From the NCBI GenBank assembly GCA_951406725.2, contig OX597817.1, positions 44,516,001 through 44,580,000 of the forward strand: DNA of 64,000 bases. The letters run 5' to 3'. The position numbers were made by a program, and so were the translations under genes. The notes under the pieces were generated by a model. That model did not search any database, was not told where the DNA came from, and saw only the letters and a list, made by a program, of their open reading frames with translations. Of the stretch, positions 54,912 through 64,000 are shown piece by piece. The DNA is from Octopus vulgaris (lineage: Eukaryota). Numbering within the stretch: position 1 is the stretch's first letter; each line of letters starts with the position of its first letter.

Positions 54912-55914
54912 ATAGTAGTAATTGTAGTAGCAACAATTATGATTACAATCAACGTAGTGACAGGAAAGTTTCTTCGATGTAGCAACGTCAGTATTATGTT
55001 AGATACATTAAATCAATGAAGAATCAATTTGAATTATTTCTGTTTTTTCTCTCTCTCATATAGATGTGAGTGAGTGTGTTATGTATTCTCTAATTTATTT
55101 TTCTTGCCTTTCTCTTTATAGGTATATGTGTATATGTTTATTATACTATATCGATGTTCACTCTGTTGCGGATAGGTCGACGCAGTCGTTGATTGGTTAC
55201 GTTGCTTTAGTTAAAGTTTCTAATCTCTTCTGCCGTTGGTTGCTGAAGCAGTTTCTATGTAGATCGTGATTTATTTCACGTAATTGTATTATTCATTAGT
55301 ATGTTTTATTTATATTATTTATCATTTTTATTTTTCTTTTTTAGGAGATGATTAGATTTATTTGCCCATCAGGCTGTATAATTGTATACTTGTGTATGCG
55401 TGAGTAAAAGAAAGAAAGTCGAGGAAAAAGACAGACTGAATAAAGAAAAAAATTGCTAAAGAGAAGCCACAACAAAAAACTAAACAAAAACACGATGTTT
55501 ACATATTGATAAATTTTCTACATTGGTAAAATTATGTAAATGGTATTGGGTGAAAATGTCTGTAAGGAAAGTAAACGAAAGGAATATTTGAAAGACAATT
55601 GAATCTTCATATCTCTATTTCTCTATATCAATCACATTATCGGTTAGTACGGACATTTTTACAATTATTTAGTCCGGGCAAGAGGAGGCGACGTAGTCTT
55701 CATTGATTTGGCTGTCTCAATGAGACTGATATGATCAATCGGTGTGTCCTTTTCTGTCTGAAGCGTAAGAACATGTCTTGGGATAGATGTGTCTAACTAA
55801 CACACTGCTTCTCAAATGGGGTCCACATGAGGTTTTTGTTGTTAAAATTTATGTGCAAAAGACTACTTATATTTCTAGAATACACGAAATATTTTCATAA
55901 TTTTTTTTTTATTC

Positions 55915-56142
55915 ATGCGTGGGTGTATGGTAAGAAGCTTGTTTCCGGGTTGAGCATTTGACCAATCAGATTCGCAAGCACCCATGAAATCTAAGGAAAT
56001 AAAGAAGCTTGTTTCCGAACTTCATGTTTCCGGGTTCAGTCCCATTGCATCGCACCTCGGGTAAGTGTCTTCTACTATAACGTTGGGCTGACCGAAGCCT
56101 CGTGAGTGAATTTGGTAGACGAAAACTGTAAGAAACCCGTCG

Positions 56143-56186
<44 letters not shown>

Positions 56187-56188
56187 AG

Positions 56189-56236
<48 letters not shown>

Positions 56237-56440
56237 TATGTTTGTTTGTGTCTGTGTTTATTCTCCACCACTGCTTGACAACCGGTGTTGGAGTGTTTTA
56301 CGCCCTCGTAACTTAGCGGTTCGGCGAAAGAGACCGATAGAATGACTACCAGGTTAAAAAAAAAATAAATCCTGGTTTTCATTTCTTCGACTAAAACCTT
56401 TCAAGCTGGTACCCCAGTATGGCCGCAATCAAATGACTGC
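55915..56440 (+). mobile_element. SINE family A, diverged, with partial head duplication
   Basis: AAGAAGCTTGTTTCCG occurs at 55931 and 56002; the remainder is homologous to family A. Confidence 0.75.
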
Positions 56441-56719
56441 TTGACAATTTTTAGTCATAAAAATTTAATAGGATTTCCTTAAACATATAATGATTATAGG
56501 GTACCAATAAACTAAAATAAAAATCAACGGTGACCATTGACAAAAATTGGTTGGGAACTCCTGGCCTAATATATCACGTATTGATTGTATGACACTACTG
56601 GATAGAGACGAGGTAAGAGGGTGAAAGATTGATAACTCGTTTTGGTTGGCCAGCGATTGCATCATACTGCTAGAATCTGTAGAATTCTTTGCCAGATGGA
56701 ATTTGTTAAAAAGTATATA

Positions 56720-57590
56720 TTTCTTTATTACCCACAAGGGGCTAAACACAGAGGGGACTAACAGGACAGACAAACGGATTAAGTCGATTATATCGACCCC
56801 AGTGTGAAACTGGTACTTTATTCATCGACCCCAAAGGATGAAAGGCAAAGTCGACCTCGGCGGAATTTGAACTCGGAACGTAGCGACAGACGAAATACCG
56901 CTAAGCATTTCGCCCGGCGCGCTAACGTTTCTGCCAGCTCGCCGCCATTTTTTGTTAAAAAGTATAGTCGGCAGTGTATGTACCATGCAGTAACATGTTT
57001 CCGTGTATGGGAGCAACTGTTGGTGTTCCCTAGCCCAGGACAAATATGGTTGAGGGTAATGATTTTAGAAGGTATTTAAGCTGTAAATAATTAACTGATC
57101 TTTTTTGGAGGATGAGGTTTGAGTGAGATTTGTTTGTTATTTTCTGTAAGGTGAGCAACGTCTTAGAGGCTGGCGAGCTGGTAGAATCGTTAGCACGTCG
57201 GGCGAAATGCTTAGCGGTATTTCGGCTGCCGCTTCGTTCTGAGTTCAAATTCCGCTGAGTTCGACTTTGCCTTGCATCCTTTCGGGGTCGATTAAATAAG
57301 TGCCAGTTACGCACTAGGGTCGATATAATAGACTTAATCCGTTTGTCTGTTCTTGATTGTTCCCTCTATGTTTAGCCCCTTGTGGACAGTAAAGAAATAG
57401 GTATTTCGTCTGTCGTTACGTTCTGGGTTCAAATTCCGCCAAGGTCGACTTTGCCTTTCATCCTTTCGGGGTCGATAAAATAAGTGCCAGTTATTCACTG
57501 AGGTCTATGTAATCGACTTAATCCGTCTGTCTGTCCTTGTTTGTCCCCTCTGCGTTTAGCCCCTTGTGGGTAGTAAAGAAATAGGTATTA
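56720..57590. mobile_element. Divergently oriented SINE family B copies (56720-56946 minus; 57168-57590 plus, dimer)
   Basis: Homology to family B; heads about 220 bp apart. Confidence 0.88.
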
Positions 57591-57891
57591 ACTGGCCCAC
57601 ATACCCCTGAATACTTGCTGATCGTCAGCAGTTGATCAAAATTGAAATATTTTATGGTGCTGGGAGAGAGAGAGAGAGAGGGAGAGAGAGAAGGAGAGAG
57701 AGAAGTGGAGAGAGAACGAGAGAAACAATGTGAGGAAGGGATGATGTATGTGTGTGCGTGAGTGTGTGGCGGTGTGCGCATGTGTGTGTGTGTGTGTGTG
57801 TGTGTGTATTTATATGAAAGCAATTATATGACCAAATCACTTCTCTACAATTTTGCGTCAATCCCAGGCATTGTTATTATCCGTATACATA

Positions 57892-58394
<503 letters not shown>

Positions 58395-60223
58395 ATACAA
58401 CCTACTTTTGTATATGTAAGCTGCAGTTTACTCTTAATAAGGATTTGCGGTTGATTTCTTACTAGTCATTTATTGTACAAGATCTGTACAGTTTTACCGG
58501 CTTCAATATTGTAATCACTTTTGTTTGGTAAATAAATCTCTTGTCATTTATGATAAACAACATTTACTTATCTTTGACTGATAGCTATCCTATGGTTTAT
58601 ACGTAAATCTATACCACAAATTTCAGCTGTATTGTTGCAACAATCGATATATATTTCAATCGCCTTAAATTAGTAATATAAATAATTTGTCACATGAACA
58701 TTTAGTGAATCCTGTTCTTATTTCGTAAATGCAATCCTTTCACGAAAAATTTCGGAGAAAGTGATATTTTCTTTAATGCCTAATTGGTATGGCACAATTC
58801 TAAAAAAAAAAAAATAATAAGTAAAAATAATTCTCTGTGCATCGAACAAGTTTCTTTTCCTTCTCCAGTTGACAGGATTAAGACTAAAACTTCGTTTGTT
58901 CAGTTTTCGTGGATGTAGTTGATTCTGGAAGAGGTGTGTTGGGTTTTGGATAACTGTCATTTCCTTTCACCGAAATAATAATGGCTTTAGTGTTAAAAGC
59001 TGTTGGAACTGTGAAAGTCAGTTATCTCTGTAGGATGGTTAAAAAAATCCCACTACAAAGCTGTCACAGCTATTTGTGTCTGTTATTATAAAAACAAGCT
59101 GATTGAAGTAATGTGGAATATATATAAGGGAAATACAAAGAGATATGTGTAGTTTTATAAAGAAAGAATGACACAAGCAAATAAATTGATGAAATAGCAG
59201 AGGAAGACTAAGTATAAAGAAAAGAATAAATGTTACTAAAACCCATGATAAATCCATAGATGCCACGAAATTGCGAATTGTTACTGTACTTACGGTAACA
59301 GTCAATGAAAAGAGGCTGCCAAGTCAATGAAATCTTACGTCAGAAGCTATTTGCTGCGTAACCTCTTTGTAGTATTTCTGACAAGTACGCACATAAAACA
59401 AAATACATTTAGAGAACATAGAAGAGAGAGAGAGGGGGGGTGAGAGGGTGGAGAAGGTATGGCGGACAGATACATTGATGTTGGATATTTCCTATGAAGT
59501 GAAAGACAAGTGTTGAAATATTAAGTTTGTTTTATCAGCTTAATATTTACACGGTACTAAAATATAAAACAGAGTACAAACAAATGATAAAGATTGCTTA
59601 CGTTTTTTTTTAATTGATTTCTTACATAAGGAAAATGGCAATAGTTTGTCAAGAAATCTACCGGAATGCTTTTAAAGAAAATCAACTTGGATGATTGCGT
59701 ATACTAAGTGCCAAGTGTATTAATTTATTTCAAATAACAAGCTTCTAATAGAAATTTATCGTAATGTTGATTTTATAAGGATACTGAAATATTTATGCTT
59801 GAAGTAATAATAGAAGAAGAGAATGAAGAATTTCATTTTTCGTGTCTTGTTTAATTTTATGTTTCATCTCAACAATCAAATCAACGAGCAAGTGTATTCC
59901 AGCCGTGCATCTCAGTTGTTTTTGGTGTATGTTTATACATACGACTTCATTAGAAATGGTAGTGTACCATTTCTCGTAGCTCACTCAAATATACTGGAGC
60001 TTAGATAATGTTTTGCTTCTTGTCTATACTATCGCTTTGCAACGACGTGGTTTGAGGTTCAGTCCCACTGCTCGGTGCCTTCCTAATGCGTCCAATACTT
60101 TGAAATGAATTTGGTAGAAGGAAATAGTGTGGAAGCTCTGAAGCTCCTCATATGTATGTACGTATGTACGTATGTGTGTATGTATGTATGTATGTATGTA
60201 TGTATGTATGTATGTATGTATAT

Positions 60224-60259
<36 letters not shown>

Positions 60260-60358
60260 TTCTTTTTTTTTTTTTTAATGTAGGATAAAATTTTTTCTAA
60301 AAAAAGTTTTATCAATGGCCAGCATATTAAAAAATACCTTTAACGGTTAAAATTATGA

Positions 60359-60799
60359 ACAACTCATAAATAAGGGCAAACGAAAAAAATTCTATTGCCA
60401 AATATGCCGAAAACTTGGACATATTGTCCATAACCATATAATTTTTCACAATACGCACGCTACTCGAAAAAAAAGCCGACAGAAATTTCTAAAAAATTCC
60501 ATTATTACCATATCGGACCGATTTCAGGGTTAGTTCATAAGAACCCTCACTTGTTCCATGGGTATGAGTAAGTATTTCATTTATTTCTTTACCACATTTA
60601 TCACTGACGAAGGGAGGGTTCTTACGAACTAACCCTGAAATCGGTCCGATATGGTAATAATGGAATGTTTTAGAAATTTCTGTCAGCTTTTTCTCGAGTA
60701 GCGCGCGTATTGTGAAAAATTATATGGTTATGGGCAATATGTCCAAATTTTCGGCATATTTGGCATTAGAAAATTTTTCGTTTGCCCTTATTTATAAGT

Positions 60800-60802
<3 letters not shown>
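60359..60802. repeat. Long inverted repeat (about 197-bp arms, about 49-bp spacer), inverted PLE pLTR-like
   Basis: 60359-60556 is the reverse complement of 60606-60802 with scattered mismatches; TA tracts on both sides. Confidence 0.95.
60598..60657 (+). ncRNA. Type I hammerhead ribozyme with palindromic stem III
   Basis: UUAUCA CUGACGA AGGG-AGG-GUUC-UUAC-GAAC-UAA-CCCU GAA AUCGG-U-CCGAU A UGGUAA. Core intact; stem I UUAUCA/UGGUAA. Confidence 0.8.
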
Positions 60803-60843
<41 letters not shown>

Positions 60844-61249
60844 GAAAACTAACACTTGATAGATAATTGCCAGCTCATTACAGCTATTTCTTACGCATCT
60901 TTTTAATAGAAGAATGAGAACATTACTCCATCACTAAAACCATAATTATCAGATGGAACGTCTGCCTGTTTATCTATGTCTGTCTGCTTGTCTGCATCTC
61001 TGCTTGTTTCTGTCTGTTATCTGTCTCTCTCTCTTTCCCTCTCTCTATCTCCCCATCTAGATATCTATCTATCTATATATAAAACGAGCAAAACGCCCCC
61101 CGTTCAATGGACGGTGCCGAGTTGTCAAACATTTAAACCAGATTTTCTCAAAACAACTTCTCCAACCGTCCTATGGGCCTCCCCTTTGAGAAACACTGAT
61201 TTAACCTAAATTTGAGATACCAGCAAAAGAAGAAATAAAGATAGACTTT

Positions 61250-61852
61250 TTTCTATTCCGCCCCCCCAAAAAAAAATACGATTTCATTCACACAAATATG
61301 CAACCGAAGAGTTTAAAGTACCAGTAATGATAAGGCTGTTGACTGGGAGAACACAAACATGGTTTAAACAGTTCTTTTCATTAAAAAATAATTAAGCATG
61401 CCTTTATTTCAATAAAACTTTTGGTTTTGTTAAACGAACTTAAGGCAAAAAAAAAACTTCTTGAGAAACCAAATAGTCTTTCCTTCCTTCATGCCAAGTT
61501 TGAAGAAAATACCTCTTTTGCATGTTGCTTTTTTGGTCTCTTAAATATACTCCATTTTGTGGCATTATTTCAAGCCAGCCGGCTTTTTTGGCGCAAACTG
61601 CACGTGCATTTTTCTCGCGTACGCGTAGTAACGATCGCAACAGCTGATGTATCTTCGCGTACAAATGCACTTTCCCACGGCTTTATCGATTGCATTCTCA
61701 CCTGGAATCGATTTTTGTAATTTCTTCAAGACTTATACACGGTCTGTTACCGTCGGTAACTACATATCAAATTTGAGCGCAATCGGATGGAGGATTCCCG
61801 AGATCCTAGAAGACACACATACAGAGAGACAGAACGGATTTTATATAATAGA
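61250..61852 (-). mobile_element. Non-autonomous Helitron-like 5' portion
   Basis: Minus strand starts A|TCTATTATATAAAA followed by a CTGT-like short repeat and CCGATTGCGCTCAAATTTG, an architecture common in invertebrate non-autonomous Helitrons. The inner boundary is uncertain. Confidence 0.5.
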
Positions 61853-62009
61853 TATAGGAGAGAGGAAATGAGAGAGGGAGACAAAGAAGAAGGAAGAGGG
61901 AGGGAGGCAGAGAGACAAAGAGCGGGTAAGAAAGATTATTATGTTTTCATCAGGTATGTCACGATAATATATTCAAAATGAATAGATATGGAAATGTATG
62001 CCTCCGTAT

Positions 62010-62078
<69 letters not shown>

Positions 62079-62095
62079 GACCGCGTGTGTACCGT

Positions 62096-62282
62096 TGGCA
62101 AATTTTTTTCCTCTGTCTTCCCTTCTCTGGATCTTTCCTTCTCCTATGTTTACGACGAAGAGCTCCGCTCGAAACGTTAAACCCTCCTTCTTTGCTTCTT
62201 TCCTGAGCGTCCAATAATACTATATTTGTTCCACGTCCTCGCGTTGTTGTGTTTTTTGTGCTTTCATGTTTGGATTAACTTT
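62096..62282 (+). mobile_element. Short (TA)n-flanked PLE pLTR-like remnant with minimal hammerhead (62148-62182)
   Basis: GTTT ACGACGA A GAGC TCC GCTC GAAA CG TT AAAC; C3 and U4 positions are altered. Confidence 0.6.
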
Positions 62283-62296
62283 ATATATATATATAT

Positions 62297-62631
62297 GGCG
62301 CATGGCTCAGTGGTTAGAGCGTCGGGCTTACGATCGTGAGGTTGTGAGCTCGAATCCCGGACCGGGCTGCGTGTTGTGTTCTTGAGCAAGGCACTTTATT
62401 TCACGTTGCTCCAGTTCACTCAGCTGTAGAAATGAGTTGCGACGTCACTGGTGCCAAGCTGTATCGACCTTTGTCTTTCCCTTGGATAACACTGGTGGCG
62501 TGGAGAGGGGAGGCTGGTATGCATGGGCGACTGCTGGTCTTCCATAAACAACCTTGCCCGGACTTGTGTCTAGGAGGGTAACTTTCTAGGTGCAATCCCA
62601 TGGTCATTCATGACCGAAGGGGGTCTTTACC

Positions 62632-62635
<4 letters not shown>
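62297..62635 (+). mobile_element. SINE family C (Meta-like), full length, distinct tail
   Basis: TGGCTCAGTGGTTAGAGCG...TCGAATCCC head, Meta-like domain, tail TTTACCCTTTA. Confidence 0.82.
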
Positions 62636-62716
<81 letters not shown>

Positions 62717-62720
<4 letters not shown>

Positions 62721-63265
62721 TGAGTGTACAATATGTATAGACGAATACGTCTATATATCTACTATTCTAGAGGTGGGCGACAAACAAATGAACAAAGGAA
62801 GAAAGTATGGAAGAGGAACGTTGTTTATTATTTACTTTATTAATACTGGATTCAAATTTTGGCACACGCACAGCAGTTTCAGGACTGGGTGGGTTATAAA
62901 ATTGATGCCAATATTAATAAACTTGTATAAGCCAACGAGCTGTCAGTCTCGTTAGCACGCAAGGCAAAATGCTCAGTGCCATTTCGTCCGTCTTTTACGT
63001 TCTGAGATCAAATTCCACCAAGGTCGGCTTTGCCATTCATCCTCTCGAGAGTTGATAATTTGCGCTAGGCGGTCGATGTAATAGGCTTGGAACATCCCCC
63101 ACCACTCCCGAAACTGTGTTCGTGTGCTAAAGTTTGAATCCAGTATTATTAATAAAGTAAATAATAAATAACGTTCCTCTTCCATACTTTCTTCCTTTGT
63201 TTCTCGCCCACCTCTAGAATAGTTATATACATGTATTCATGTATACATGATGTACACTCACGTCT
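62717..63265. repeat. Inverted repeat (about 170-bp arms) enclosing a family B SINE
   Basis: 62717-62892 vs 63097-63265; degenerate SINE B at about 62935-63145. Confidence 0.9.
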
Positions 63266-63664
63266 ATATATATACAAACATACGCAGGAATACATTTACA
63301 TATATGTGCAGAAAATGGCACCGCATAAGCATACATAGATACATTCACAGTAACGCATACTATTTCCTGTCTAGCTTTCCCGTATATTTATGATTTCAGA
63401 ATGGCTTACAAGTACACACACAATATATAATTTTCATTTGTCTTTAATATACACGCATTACACTCTGCAGCACAAACATACAGTAATTTCTACAGTGCGT
63501 CTACACAACACTTAAACCTTGTACATTACACATAACCCTACATACAGCTGTCACTTTTATCCGAAATGCTCTTCACTCACGTCGGAAACATAAGAACAAA
63601 ACAGACCAAATGTAATACCAACTTATATTTCCACCCGTCGCCTTCAGACCAGCACGTGTTAGCA

Positions 63665-63985
<321 letters not shown>

Positions 63986-64000
63986 TACATATCTCCCTAT

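Noticed and set aside
58880-59380. Possible minus-strand host exons (acceptor TTTCACAG at about 59010; GTAAGT/GTAAGA donors at about 59291 and 59338)
   Set aside because: Frames are short or stop-containing, phases are incompatible, and the peptides are unrecognisable.
62297-62370. tRNA gene
   Set aside because: The tRNA-like head continues into a SINE body shared with other copies; no complete acceptor stem or terminator.

Overview
AT-rich, microsatellite-saturated eukaryotic (animal) DNA; the SINE families and repeat landscape suggest an octopus genome (inference). I found no supportable host protein-coding exon, and most ORFs in the track are microsatellite translations. The window contains: a Penelope-like (Neptune-type) RT fragment at the left edge; a 5'-truncated and a full-length but mutated Tx1/L1-clade LINE in tandem, both within (TATC)n; a 5'-truncated R4/Dong-type RLE LINE plus older remnants in (TAA)n; a CR1-type 3' fragment; a decayed mariner; Helitron-type ends; and many tRNA-derived SINEs of three families. 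The strongest novel signal lies in short non-coding elements bounded by (TA)n-type tracts. Some carry ordinary minimal type I hammerhead ribozymes. Two families with no evident sequence similarity to each other carry all hammerhead core pieces and all three helices in a scrambled, non-circularly-permuted strand order. One of these occurs as an 852-bp-period direct repeat resembling a retrozyme or Penelope pLTR. This fold is predicted by eye and is untested.
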